Shown here piece after piece: positions 30,761 to 41,855 of a DNA stretch of 64,000 bases. The position numbers were made by a program, and so were the translations under genes. Source of the DNA: an uncultured virus (IMG/VR IMGVR_UViG_3300042301_004094) (lineage: Duplodnaviria; Heunggongvirae; Uroviricota; Caudoviricetes); the IMG/VR virus record IMGVR_UViG_3300042301_004094, positions 62,001-126,000 of that record, one strand, 5' to 3'. The notes beneath the pieces are model-generated. The model was not told the DNA's origin and ran no database searches. It saw only the letters and a program-made list of their open reading frames with translations. Within the stretch, counting starts at the first letter, position 1. The number at the start of each line of letters is the position of its first letter.

Positions 30761-33700
30761 TTATCTATTTATAAGTTGTTTTACTAAATCTTTAAGTTCT
30801 TCTATTTCTGTCTTTTGAGATTCGATTTGGGTTTGTTGTTCTTTGATTGCTTCGATGAATAGACCTGCCATGTTACCATACTTTACACCATATTCATCAG
30901 TATCATTTGCATAAGATACAGCTTCTGGTAGAATTTCTAAGACCTCTTGTGCTATTACACCTAGATTTCTTTGTTTAGAATCATCGTCTATTCTATTATA
31001 AAACACACCACGCAATCCTAAAACTTTATTAAGAGCTTGATCTATAGTTGTAATATTTTCTTTCTTACGTTTATCTGAATATGCTGTAATGTCTGATGTT
31101 GCATATATTTGACCAGTTACGTATAATTTATAAGATGTACTAAAAGATGTACTACCTATAGAGCAAGTTCCTGCTTCATGGTTAATATATACATGACTTG
31201 TATTAGGGCAAGCAAGGGCATTGTAACCACCAGAGTGTATTGTTACAGAATAAGGAGAACCAGCTTGTGAATAAATATATTCTCCTGTGCTAGCGTTACC
31301 AGTATCAGTCCAAGCTATCTTAGTACCTCTTGCAAGAATAACACCGTAGTTGGTACTACCATCTGCAACACCATATCCTCTAATATTTAATCCTCCATCA
31401 TTAGAATCAAAATTACCTATTGATAGTTTTGCAGGAATAAGCACATTATTATTTGCAGAAAGAACAATCCCGTCATCACGATATCCTGTTCCTATTCTAA
31501 AAAAATTACCATTACTACTATAACCATGACCAATTGAAAAGTTTGTAGGTCCTTGAAATCCTATAGCTCCATAGTATTGACCTCCACCATAATCATTGTA
31601 ACCAAAGCGTATTCTATCTACACCACTTGGTGTTGTGACATAAGAATATACAGATTGTGCATTAAATAATCCATCTGTAGTATAAGAACCAAATCCACAA
31701 CTAAAATTAAGTACTCCAACAGATGTACGATTACCATTAATAGCTCCTGTAGTTAAACTTGCACTACTAAGAGCTCCTGTAACTTGAGCTGTACCTCTAA
31801 AATAATGGGTAGCACTTGTTCCGTTAGAATTTCCTAATATTTCATAATAAGAATTACCACCGTTAGCACCAATTGCAAAACCCTCACTGCTATAATGAGC
31901 ATTAATATTAAGAGAAGGTCCTGTTATTATTGCTCTTGCAAAGTCAGGAGTTCCGTTTGTTCTATATATCTTCCAGTTACTATCAGAAAGACCATTAAAT
32001 AATAAACCAAAAGTATTATTAACTCCTATATTACTTGCAAAAAGAACCGTCTGATTGGTGTTTATTGTTTGAGCAGTTGAGCCATTAGTTTTAAACTGTA
32101 TAGCATTAGCAGAATTTGTCTCCATGGTAATAAACCCTGTACCATAACTAAGAGCACCAATTCCACTATTCCAGTTTATTGTAGTTCCTGCATATACATT
32201 ACCATTAAAATTTGCTTGATTATTGGTTATAGTTAACCTTGTACCATTTCCTGTTCTAAAATTCATTTGGTCAGGAGAGCCTGCACCTGAACCAAAAATA
32301 TTGATAGAGTTTCTATCATTTTCTGAACCTGCTGCATTTAAGCGTAGCCAACCATTTGGGCCTGCTCCATTTAAATAAACAGCGTTTGAAGCACTATAAT
32401 ATGCTAAGGCTCCGTTTTGCTCATATAAAGTAGATTCAACAGAACTTATTTTTAATCCATCACGTATTGTTGTTCTACCTGATGTTTCTATTTGTAAAGC
32501 AGATATATCATCTGTTGCATTGTATATTACAAACCTATTACTATTTGCGTTTGTCTGATTTATTAAATCCCAACTTTTGCTTCCTGCTTGAGTATTTGAA
32601 AGTCTTATATATCTGTTATCAGCACTTGCGTCTTTAATAATATTAAGACCAGGGGATGCACTTGTTGAAATTGTAACTCCTCCTGAAAATGTAGATATTC
32701 CGCTATTTCCGTCAATTCTAAATCTCTCGGTAGTAAAAGCAGTAGAACCATTCCATTGTGTTGTAGACAATGTAAACACACTTGAGGCGGCACCACCTGT
32801 TGAATTATATGTATTCCTTAATATAACAGGATATTGTACTCCATTCCAAACTTGAGTTAGGTTTAATTGAGATGATGTAGATGAACTTGATGATCCAAGA
32901 ATATTTAGTACAGTAGCACCTGCATCATTTCCTGTTCTGTTATTACCAAAAATACCATCTGTTGAAGCAGTAAAATTTGTATAAACAAGAGTATTATTTC
33001 TTAAAAAATCAGCAGTTGTCGTTCTTCCTGAAGAACCCCCACCATTACTTACTTGAAATCTAAATCCACTTCCACCTGCTGCAGAAGATACAGCAGTCTG
33101 TATTGCATTTTGTTCTGCATTATTTGAATTAAATCTTGCTACAAAAGCATCTGCAAACGTTCCATCAACACCTCCATTAGTAGCAAAAACAGTACCTGTA
33201 GAAATTAAATTACCAAAAATATTAACTCCTGAAGTTGTTGTCTGTAGTCTTAATACGTTTGAAGCATAAAGAGATACAGTATGGTCATTTAAATCATCTG
33301 AACTATTTGTAACTATAATACAATTAAAAGCACCTGATAAACCCCCTCTTATTTGAATACCTCTATAAGTGTTCCATTTTATTCCATCAAAACTACTTGG
33401 GTTTGCTGTTCTAGAACCAGGACCCCCATAGTAATCGTTCCACAATATGTGATTAGCATCTGTTCCTGAGTTAAACCAAATACCATTGTTTGTTTGAGTT
33501 CTCTGTAATCCAATTCCTCCAGCACCAACAATTAATTGACCAGTCATTGTATCTCCAGCTCTAGCTACTGCATCTAGTGATCCTGCTGTACCTTGAGCAC
33601 CTTGTGCTCCTGTACCTACAGCACCTTGTATACCTTGGAAGCCTTGGAAGCCTCGGTCGCCTTGATCACCCTTGTCGCCTTTAAATCCTTGAAATCCTCG

Positions 33701-35704
33701 GTCGCCTTGATCACCTTTATCTCCCTTATCACCTTTAAACCCTTGAAAGCCTCTGTCACCTTGGTCGCCTTTATCGCCTTTATCACCTTTAAAGCCTTGA
33801 AAGCCTCTATCACCTTGGTCGCCTTTAAAGCCTTGAAAACCTCTGTCGCCTTGATCACCTTTAAAACCTCTGTCGCCTTGGTCGCCTTTATCTCCCTTAT
33901 CGCCTTTTAGTCCTTGAAAACCTTGGAAACCTCTATCACCTTGAGAACCTTGACGTCCTTGATCACCTTGGAAGCCTCTAGCACCTTGGTCACCTTGGTT
34001 ACCTTGATCTCCTTTAAAACCTTGTTGGCCTGTAGAGCCTTGAGCGCCTGTTGAACCTTGAATCCCTTGTACAGACATATCTGTAGTAAAGGACCAAACC
34101 CCACCGCTTCTTAAATATAATTTTCCATAATCTGGATCTGATTGAGATAAACTACCACCAACCAAACCAAATTGTCCATCGGGACATGTATTATCTGCTA
34201 ATAATGCAGCTACTGAGTTATATGTTTGGTAAATTATGAATCCTTGTCCTGTAATACCTTGGTATCCTTGATCGCCCTTAGCGCCTTGAACACCAGTAGC
34301 ACCTTGTGTACCTACTGTACCTTGTATTCCTTGATCACCTTGGAAACCTCTATCGCCTTGGTCACCCTTATCGCCTTTAATACCTTGAGGACCTATAGGA
34401 CCTTGGTTGCCTTGATCACCCTTAGCTCCTTGAAATCCTTGGTCGCCTTGGTCGCCCTTAGTTCCTTGGATACCTTGGTCGCCTTGGAAACCTTGGATAC
34501 CTTGAAATCCTTGATCTCCTTTAGCACCTTGTAAACCTGTTGGTCCTTGGTTACCTTGAAATCCAGTTTCACCTTGAGGACCTACACTTCCTTGAGCTCC
34601 AACAGAACCTTGAGATCCAGTAGGGCCTTGAGCGCCAATAGCACCTTGATTACCTGTTGCTCCTTGAGCACCAACAGAACCTTGTGCACCTGTTGCACCT
34701 TGATTACCTTGAGAACCAATTTCTCCTAAGTAATTATTTATTTCTATAGTATCGCCTGCAGCAGCACCGTTAGCTAAAACAACGGTTGTACCATTTGATG
34801 CTGTATAATCTACTCCTACTGTTTGTTTAACACCGTTCCAGAATACATCTACTAACCCAATATTATAACCACCAGGCACTGTAAATGTTGTTTGATTTAA
34901 TGTTGTTGTAAATACAGTTACATTTCTTGCTGATGCACTTATTGCTCCTTGAGCTCCAGTTTCACCTTGACTACCTTGAAATCCTATAGGACCTTGAAAA
35001 CCTTGAGCACCTGTTACTCCTTGATCTCCTTTTACTCCTTGAAAACCTTGAAAGCCTCTATCACCTTGAGCACCTTGTGCTCCGTCAGCTCCAACATATC
35101 CTGCTTGGCCTTGGAAACCTTGGAAACCTTGATAACCCCTCATACCACCAACAGTAGCAACTGCAGTACCTGCTACAGGAACTGCAAAAGTAATTGTTAT
35201 TGTATTAGAGTTTGTTGCTACAGTAGGAGCAACTAAAATTTGATCATCAACCCCATATAATTCTACTACAGGATATTTTTCATTTAAATTATGTGTAAAC
35301 ACCCATGTTGTTGAGGCAGCAAATGTTTGTTTGGCTGTTCTTCCATCTCCAGAACTAGCAGCTGTATTATCAATCCATACAGCTCCGTTTTCAGTTATTT
35401 GTAGAACTTGTCCTACAGATCCTGTACTATTAGTATAGTCACGAACTGTATTTGGTAGTTTTAAACTACCACTTAATTCTAAAGCTCCTGTGATGTTGTG
35501 AGATGAACCTGAGATTGAAAGTGATCCTGTGTTTTGGGCGTTTGTTGTAAGTATTTCTTCAATACTTTCGCCTGCGGATCCACTTTTCTCAAAATAAATT
35601 TTACCGTCGTAGGTATTCATTGCCAACTCACCTAACTCCAACTGCTCTGTAGTTGGTTTGTTGCCAGTGGTTGCACTCCTACGTAACTTAACAATTTGCG
35701 CCAT
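30761..35704 (-). CDS. long collagen-like tail fibre with C-terminal S74 chaperone
   Basis: N-terminal KLRRS...[19 protein letters not shown] runs, YSDKRKKENI...GVIAQEV...[16 protein letters not shown]. Confidence 0.9.
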   Translation of the reverse strand: MAQIVKLRRSATTGNKPTTEQLELGELAMNTYDGKIYFEKSGSAGESIEEILTTNAQNTGSLSISGSSHNITGALELSGSLKLPNTVRDYTNSTGSVGQVLQITENGAVWIDNTAASSGDGRTAKQTFAASTTWVFTHNLNEKYPVVELYGVDDQILVAPTVATNSNTITITFAVPVAGTAVATVGGMRGYQGFQGFQGQAGYVGADGAQGAQGDRGFQGFQGVKGDQGVTGAQGFQGPIGFQGSQGETGAQGAISASARNVTVFTTTLNQTTFTVPGGYNIGLVDVFWNGVKQTVGVDYTASNGTTVVLANGAAAGDTIEINNYLGEIGSQGNQGATGAQGSVGAQGATGNQGAIGAQGPTGSQGSVGAQGSVGPQGETGFQGNQGPTGLQGAKGDQGFQGIQGFQGDQGIQGTKGDQGDQGFQGAKGDQGNQGPIGPQGIKGDKGDQGDRGFQGDQGIQGTVGTQGATGVQGAKGDQGYQGITGQGFIIYQTYNSVAALLADNTCPDGQFGLVGGSLSQSDPDYGKLYLRSGGVWSFTTDMSVQGIQGSTGAQGSTGQQGFKGDQGNQGDQGARGFQGDQGRQGSQGDRGFQGFQGLKGDKGDKGDQGDRGFKGDQGDRGFQGFKGDQGDRGFQGFKGDKGDKGDQGDRGFQGFKGDKGDKGDQGDRGFQGFKGDKGDQGDRGFQGFQGIQGAVGTGAQGAQGTAGSLDAVARAGDTMTGQLIVGAGGIGLQRTQTNNGIWFNSGTDANHILWNDYYGGPGSRTANPSSFDGIKWNTYRGIQIRGGLSGAFNCIIVTNSSDDLNDHTVSLYASNVLRLQTTTSGVNIFGNLISTGTVFATNGGVDGTFADAFVARFNSNNAEQNAIQTAVSSAAGGSGFRFQVSNGGGSSGRTTTADFLRNNTLVYTNFTASTDGIFGNNRTGNDAGATVLNILGSSSSSTSSQLNLTQVWNGVQYPVILRNTYNSTGGAASSVFTLSTTQWNGSTAFTTERFRIDGNSGISTFSGGVTISTSASPGLNIIKDASADNRYIRLSNTQAGSKSWDLINQTNANSNRFVIYNATDDISALQIETSGRTTIRDGLKISSVESTLYEQNGALAYYSASNAVYLNGAGPNGWLRLNAAGSENDRNSINIFGSGAGSPDQMNFRTGNGTRLTITNNQANFNGNVYAGTTINWNSGIGALSYGTGFITMETNSANAIQFKTNGSTAQTINTNQTVLFASNIGVNNTFGLLFNGLSDSNWKIYRTNGTPDFARAIITGPSLNINAHYSSEGFAIGANGGNSYYEILGNSNGTSATHYFRGTAQVTGALSSASLTTGAINGNRTSVGVLNFSCGFGSYTTDGLFNAQSVYSYVTTPSGVDRIRFGYNDYGGGQYYGAIGFQGPTNFSIGHGYSSNGNFFRIGTGYRDDGIVLSANNNVLIPAKLSIGNFDSNDGGLNIRGYGVADGSTNYGVILARGTKIAWTDTGNASTGEYIYSQAGSPYSVTIHSGGYNALACPNTSHVYINHEAGTCSIGSTSFSTSYKLYVTGQIYATSDITAYSDKRKKENITTIDQALNKVLGLRGVFYNRIDDDSKQRNLGVIAQEVLEILPEAVSYANDTDEYGVKYGNMAGLFIEAIKEQQTQIESQKTEIEELKDLVKQLINR

Positions 35705-35774
35705 ATCTATGGTCTGTTTTTAATTTAGTATGTACTAATATGTCTTATGATCTATATAGATCGTGTATAAATAT

Positions 35775-38700
35775 TTACTTAGAAGCTAACTGCGATTCTA
35801 GGTATGCTATTTTTGCATTTAATTCTTTGATTGCCTCAATAAATAAACCAGCAAAGTTACCATAAGCAACACCATATTCATCTACATCTGCAGCATATGT
35901 AACAACTTCAGGTAATACTTCATTTATTTCTTGTGCAATAACCCCTGTTTGTCTTCCTTTTTCAATATCATCTATTCTGGTGTAGTAAACTCCTCTTAAT
36001 TGTAATACTTTATTTAAGGCGTTATCTATAGTAGCAATATCTGTTTTTTTACGGACATCTGAATACGCCACAACATCTCCTTCAGCATATAAAGAACCAC
36101 CAATGTAAGCTCTGTAAGAAGAGGATGTTGATGAGGTTGATATACCAGTACAGTTATTTCCTAAATGGTGATACCAATACCATCTTCCATTATCTTCTCT
36201 ATATACTCCCCCATTACCTCCACTATCATACATCATTCCATTTACACGGCTGTATGAACACCATATACCATCATATCCGTTCTTGTTACCATTAATTCTA
36301 AACTGAGTATAAGTTGAACCGTCGTTTGGATAAAAATGTCCTCCATAATTGTTAGGCCAATACAAACCGTATCCACCATTAAATTGCATCCATGTATTTG
36401 TCTGGTAGTAAGATGTTCCTGATTTATTTGGAGCATCCATATTTCCTGTATGGTAAACAGCATTACCTGTAGATATTCCTCCACTAGTACCATTAACATA
36501 AAGCATACCTCTAATCTTAGTATTACCAGATGTATCTACTATTAATCTACCATGATGAGCATCATTACCAGACCAACCGTCACCAACACCATAGTGACCA
36601 TTACCATCTTGTTGGTCACTATAACCTATACTAAAAATACCTGGGTTTAAGTTAGCTATACCCATTGTCCAAAGTCTATAACCACCACTTATGTTACCAC
36701 TCATTACAATATAAGCTCCATGAGTGCTATTATTCCCAGCATAAGCATTAAGATGTAATCCAGGATAATACTCTGCATTAATAACTAATGCTTTTCTTGC
36801 ATTATCATTAATAAGTCTAGATGTATTAGTAGAACCTACAAGTAAAGCTGCTCCTGAAACTGCATTATTTACTATAAGTCTACTTAAATTAGAAGTATCA
36901 TTAGGATCTAAATAATATCCTGTATCAGCATCGTCATAATATATTGTAGCTCTATGAGAAGAAGTACTACGCATAGAACCATTAGCATTAAACTCATGTC
37001 CTGCTCCATTACCTGGTGCATTACCTATGTATGTAAACCCATAGATCCAGTTAGTTCCACCTGCTGTACTAATACCATTAGGAAAAAATGCAGAGTTTGC
37101 AGTACCCCATGGATTACCATTACTTACATATCCTGAAGGAGCATTAACACTTGAAGCAGTAACATTACTAAATCTAATTGATGGAGTAACCGAGTCTGCA
37201 ACTGTATCAAATGATGTTACAAATGTTATATTCCAGTTGTTTGAAACAGTAGCAACATCGCTTCTTACATATCCCCCTTGAAAATCCATAACAGAAACTT
37301 GAGGATAAGACCAAGAGGTACCAGTCTCACCAATCCACACACAATCATAAGTACCATCGTTACCAAATCTCACTGTTTGAGGTATAGCACTAACACCCCC
37401 CATAAAATGAGCTGCTCTATGATAAGCACCCGCAGCATATGAATAGTTACCTATTGTATATTCTGAAACAGCATCGTTAGTATAATTATAGATTCTAACC
37501 TTCATAGACCACATACAGTCATTTCCTCTAAAAGGTAATCTAATTTTAATAGCGGCTGTAATTCCCCCTCCATTAAAACCATTAGATGCACCTTGTGGAG
37601 CAAATGTTCTTGATAATGTAGCTTGTGAAGAACTTGATACAGAATTTGTTCCAAAAGCACCTGTTTGTAATCGTATTGTTCCAGCTAAATTTGCAGAAGT
37701 GCCACCAGCATTGGGATCTAAGAAATAAGCTGTATCATTTGAGTCGTAGAAGATAGGAGCACGCATAGAAGCATTTGCTTGCCACACACCATTATTTAAT
37801 ATCCACCCTGCAGTATATGCTGCTCCAAAATCAGTACCACCAACACCTCTTCTAAACACCCAACCCCTACCATCTGTATCCATAGTAAGATAAGTATTGT
37901 ACCCATCTCCAAATCCTGTTGGGTTGGAAAAATATCCTCCATTTGCTTTAAATCCTATTGCAGATGTAGTTGTGTTACCACCACCCCAGAAAAATATTTG
38001 ATTATCAGATCCTGTACTATTATTATCACCTCTAATAGCAACACCATACATTCTACTTATACCTCTACCTTGGAAGTAATATCCATTATCATAGTAGTCA
38101 TAGAAGATATTTGCATACATACCTGCAGATGTAATAATATTATTACCCGTAGTATTACCTCTTCCTGTAACACTATTAAGTGTATCTGTTTCTGTATATG
38201 AAGTTATATAACCAGGACCATTAGTTAACTGATTTAAATTAGTAAGATTACCACTATGCCACATTGTTACCCAACCACCCCATGTACCAGCATCTGCTGA
38301 TCTCATGTATAATCTATTTCCTCCAGTATCAAAAAATAATTGTTGGTGGTAATTACCAGGGTGAGTATCTATTTGTAATAAGGCACCACCATTATGTACA
38401 ACAGTTGGTCTATTACTCCAATCGCCAGTTGAACCTCTATATAAACCTGTACCATTAAATGCATTTACATTAACACCAGACTGAGCTGCTTGATACATTG
38501 GAGTATAACCAAGAGCAGTTGTTACATTTCCTGATGTTATACCTGTAATATAACCCGGGCCGTTAGTTAATTGATTCAGGTTGGTAAGATTACCACTATG
38601 CCAGTTTGTACTACCAGCAATTGATATATTATGTTCAAAATACCAACCATTGTAGGGGGAGTTATGAGCAAATACTCTACTAGTAAGACCTAAGTCATTA

Positions 38701-41700
38701 CGTACTAAAGCAAGATGCCAAGGAGAACCATTAGCAGTTGTTAAAGTAAGAGGTTGACTACCACCTCCATTAATAGTTATGGGACTAGATGTTGTAGCTC
38801 CTCTACCTGTAACTGTAGCTAATGTATCAGATTCTCCTGTTATATAGCCAGGACCGTTTGTTAGCTGATTTAAGTTGGTTAAATTACTTGTATTCCATAC
38901 AGTAGAATAACTAGATAAAGTTCCTATTCTTACTGCTCCACCACCTCCCCAAGCTCCAGGTCTTAAGTAAATATTTCCTGCTGCTTCAAAAGCCATATGG
39001 TCTCCTACTGAGCCATCTCCATCGTTTTGTGTTCCTAATCTTAAAACAGAAGTTTCACCTCCTGCTGTACCATATGTTGAGTTATTATTATCAAAAGTTA
39101 CGTAACCATAATCTGTTCCTCCTGTATCACTTCCTCCAAATGCTTCTTCTCTACCAAAGAATATAGTTCGACCTGCATCTAAACCTATATCAGCTTGTAC
39201 TCTTAAATTTCCGGTAAATGTACCTCCACCAAATGGATTACCTGTTGCTCCTTGAGGTCCAGTATTACCTTGAGGTCCTGCTACTGTTGAAGCAGCACCA
39301 GTATTACCTTGAGCGCCAGTATTACCTTGAGCACCTGTAGCCCCTTGAGCACCTGTTGCACCTTGAACACCGTTTGTACCTGCTGTTCCTTGTAAACCAG
39401 TAGGACCTATATTTCCTTGATCTCCTTTAGTACCTTGTAAACCAGTAGGACCTATTGGACCCTGGGTTCCTTGATGACCTTGTTGACCTGTAAATCCTTG
39501 ATCGCCTTTATCACCTTTTGCTCCTTGAACACCAACAGCCCCCTGAAGACCAGTTGGTCCTGTAGCACCTTGTAAACCTGTAGGACCTGTTGGGCCTTGG
39601 ATACCTTGAAGACCAGTTGCACCAGTTGCTCCAATAGTTCCTTGTAAACCAGTAGGGCCTATAGGACCTTGAGCACCAATTGAGCCTTGAGTACCCGTTG
39701 TTCCTTGAAGACCAGTTGGACCTTGACTTCCTGTAGTTCCTTGCAATCCAGTAGGGCCTGTTGCTCCTTGAAGACCAATTGGACCTATAGATCCAGTAGT
39801 TCCTTGTAAACCAGTAGGACCTATTTCACCTTGAAATCCAAATCCTTGGTAGCCTTGGAAGCCCATGTCACCCTGAGAGCCTTGAAATCCTTTATCACCT
39901 GTTGGGCCTTGAAAGCCTTGGTATCCGTCTCCTTGATAACCTTGGAATCCCATATCACCCTGAGAGCCTTGGAAACCTTGATCCCCATCAGCACCTTGAG
40001 AGCCTTGATATCCAAAACCTTGATAACCTTGGAAGCCCATATCGCCTTGAGGACCTTGAAAACCTTGATCACCTATAGAACCTTGGGATCCAGTAGCACC
40101 CTGTGCTCCATCAGCACCAATATAGCCATCTGCTCCTTGAAAACCTTGATCGCCTTTAGCACCTTGAGGACCAACTACTGTTGAATTTGCTCCTTGAAAA
40201 CCTTGGTCGCCTTTTATTCCTGTAGTCCCTTGATTACCTTGTGGACCTTGAGATCCAATTACAGCACCTACACTAGTTAATACATAAGAGTAACTTGAAG
40301 AACCTTCTGTATACCAAGTTATATCATGAGAGCCACTAGATTCTTCTACAACATAGATTTTAACAATCATTCTGTTTGTTGGATCTATTACTGTAGATGG
40401 TAAAACTATATCAGCAAGTGCTTCAACAGTTGTAGATGAATTTATCCAACCTATATCAACAATACCAGAAGTAATTATAGGACCTATTGGGGTGCCTGTT
40501 GAGGTTGCTAATTGTATTGTAACATAAGCATCAATATTATTTCCTTGAGAATCTTTTAAAAAATGTAAATGAAATCTTTGAACACCTGCTGGGATTATAG
40601 CAAATCCTAATTCAGGAGTTAAAAATTGACTTACTAAAATGGGAGTTGTTCCTGTTGTAGTAACTGTTACTGTTTGTTCTACAGTTGCTGTTGGGTCTTT
40701 TGATAATACCTTATAAGGAGATACATCAGAAGATTGAGATTGGTTAAAGTAATATACTTGTCCTGCACTTATACCCCCACTACCTTGATAACCTTGATTA
40801 CCTTGGTCGCCTTTAATTCCTTGAATGCCTTGGAAACCTTGGTCGCCTTTAATTCCTTGAATGCCTTGGAAACCTTGAATGCCTTGAAAACCTTGGTCGC
40901 CTTTAACCCCCTGTGCACCTATTTCACCTAAATAATTATCTATTTCTATTGTATCACCAATACTAGCAGGGTTTGTTAATACTACTGTTGTACCATTTGA
41001 TGCTGTATAATCTACTCCTTCAGTTTGCTTAACACCATTCCAAAACACATCAACCATAGTTAATGTATAACCACCAGGTACTGTAAATGTTGTTTGCCCA
41101 GCAGTTGCAGTAAATATAGTTATATCTCTAGCAGATGAACCAACTGCCCCTTGAGCACCTGTTGCACCTTGACTACCTTGAAATCCTAAAGAACCTTGAA
41201 AACCTTGAGCACCATCTGCTCCAAGAAATCCATTAGATCCTTGGAAACCTTGGAATCCCATAACCCCTTGAGCACCAATCGTACCATTAAAGCCTTGGTC
41301 ACCTTTGTCGCCTTTATCTCCTTGAAAACCTTGGTCGCCTTTTGTTCCTTGAATACCTTGAGGCCCAGCTATACCTTGAAAACCTTGATCGCCTTTTATA
41401 CCTTGAAAGCCTTGGTTGCCTTGAAATCCTTGAACACCAACTGGTCCTTGATTACCTTGAGGACCTTCTATACCTTGTGGACCTGGAGTACCTATTGATC
41501 CTTGTGGACCTAATGGACCAGGGCCTCCTGAAGGGCCTGTTGCTCCTTGGGCACCTTGGGCTCCTGTTCCTCCTGTTTCACCAAGAGTTACAATAGTTTC
41601 AACACCGTTAACATTCTTTTTAAGATAAACCTTACCATCGTAAGTATTCATAGCTAACTCACCTAACTGTAAGTCAGCAATTGTAGGAATCTTTCCAGGC

Positions 41701-41735
41701 GTAGCTGTTCTACGCAGAGTAATAAGACGAGACAT
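35775..41735 (-). CDS. longest collagen-like tail fibre (1986 aa) with C-terminal S74 chaperone
   Basis: N-terminal LRRT...[19 protein letters not shown] runs, [10 protein letters not shown]...GVIAQEI...[15 protein letters not shown]. Confidence 0.9.
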   Translation of the reverse strand: MSRLITLRRTATPGKIPTIADLQLGELAMNTYDGKVYLKKNVNGVETIVTLGETGGTGAQGAQGATGPSGGPGPLGPQGSIGTPGPQGIEGPQGNQGPVGVQGFQGNQGFQGIKGDQGFQGIAGPQGIQGTKGDQGFQGDKGDKGDQGFNGTIGAQGVMGFQGFQGSNGFLGADGAQGFQGSLGFQGSQGATGAQGAVGSSARDITIFTATAGQTTFTVPGGYTLTMVDVFWNGVKQTEGVDYTASNGTTVVLTNPASIGDTIEIDNYLGEIGAQGVKGDQGFQGIQGFQGIQGIKGDQGFQGIQGIKGDQGNQGYQGSGGISAGQVYYFNQSQSSDVSPYKVLSKDPTATVEQTVTVTTTGTTPILVSQFLTPELGFAIIPAGVQRFHLHFLKDSQGNNIDAYVTIQLATSTGTPIGPIITSGIVDIGWINSSTTVEALADIVLPSTVIDPTNRMIVKIYVVEESSGSHDITWYTEGSSSYSYVLTSVGAVIGSQGPQGNQGTTGIKGDQGFQGANSTVVGPQGAKGDQGFQGADGYIGADGAQGATGSQGSIGDQGFQGPQGDMGFQGYQGFGYQGSQGADGDQGFQGSQGDMGFQGYQGDGYQGFQGPTGDKGFQGSQGDMGFQGYQGFGFQGEIGPTGLQGTTGSIGPIGLQGATGPTGLQGTTGSQGPTGLQGTTGTQGSIGAQGPIGPTGLQGTIGATGATGLQGIQGPTGPTGLQGATGPTGLQGAVGVQGAKGDKGDQGFTGQQGHQGTQGPIGPTGLQGTKGDQGNIGPTGLQGTAGTNGVQGATGAQGATGAQGNTGAQGNTGAASTVAGPQGNTGPQGATGNPFGGGTFTGNLRVQADIGLDAGRTIFFGREEAFGGSDTGGTDYGYVTFDNNNSTYGTAGGETSVLRLGTQNDGDGSVGDHMAFEAAGNIYLRPGAWGGGGAVRIGTLSSYSTVWNTSNLTNLNQLTNGPGYITGESDTLATVTGRGATTSSPITINGGGSQPLTLTTANGSPWHLALVRNDLGLTSRVFAHNSPYNGWYFEHNISIAGSTNWHSGNLTNLNQLTNGPGYITGITSGNVTTALGYTPMYQAAQSGVNVNAFNGTGLYRGSTGDWSNRPTVVHNGGALLQIDTHPGNYHQQLFFDTGGNRLYMRSADAGTWGGWVTMWHSGNLTNLNQLTNGPGYITSYTETDTLNSVTGRGNTTGNNIITSAGMYANIFYDYYDNGYYFQGRGISRMYGVAIRGDNNSTGSDNQIFFWGGGNTTTSAIGFKANGGYFSNPTGFGDGYNTYLTMDTDGRGWVFRRGVGGTDFGAAYTAGWILNNGVWQANASMRAPIFYDSNDTAYFLDPNAGGTSANLAGTIRLQTGAFGTNSVSSSSQATLSRTFAPQGASNGFNGGGITAAIKIRLPFRGNDCMWSMKVRIYNYTNDAVSEYTIGNYSYAAGAYHRAAHFMGGVSAIPQTVRFGNDGTYDCVWIGETGTSWSYPQVSVMDFQGGYVRSDVATVSNNWNITFVTSFDTVADSVTPSIRFSNVTASSVNAPSGYVSNGNPWGTANSAFFPNGISTAGGTNWIYGFTYIGNAPGNGAGHEFNANGSMRSTSSHRATIYYDDADTGYYLDPNDTSNLSRLIVNNAVSGAALLVGSTNTSRLINDNARKALVINAEYYPGLHLNAYAGNNSTHGAYIVMSGNISGGYRLWTMGIANLNPGIFSIGYSDQQDGNGHYGVGDGWSGNDAHHGRLIVDTSGNTKIRGMLYVNGTSGGISTGNAVYHTGNMDAPNKSGTSYYQTNTWMQFNGGYGLYWPNNYGGHFYPNDGSTYTQFRINGNKNGYDGIWCSYSRVNGMMYDSGGNGGVYREDNGRWYWYHHLGNNCTGISTSSTSSSYRAYIGGSLYAEGDVVAYSDVRKKTDIATIDNALNKVLQLRGVYYTRIDDIEKGRQTGVIAQEINEVLPEVVTYAADVDEYGVAYGNFAGLFIEAIKELNAKIAYLESQLASK

Positions 41736-41804
41736 AAGCGCTCAATATTTTTAAGTATATACTTGCACCTTGCGGTGACCTATCTATCAGGCATATATAA
41801 ATAT

Positions 41805-41828
41805 AAAAGGGCTCCGAATTGGAGCCCT
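41805..41828 (-). terminator. intrinsic terminator
   Basis: gggctcc-gaatt-ggagccc hairpin followed by TTTT on the minus strand. Confidence 0.75.
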
Positions 41829-41855
41829 AATTAATTATATATTTAAATTATTATT

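Noticed and set aside
18188..41596. Many short alternative-frame and antisense ORFs within collagen regions (KVIKAFK.., LITLIT..)
   Set aside because: Artefacts of repetitive G-X-Y codons lacking stops in other frames.
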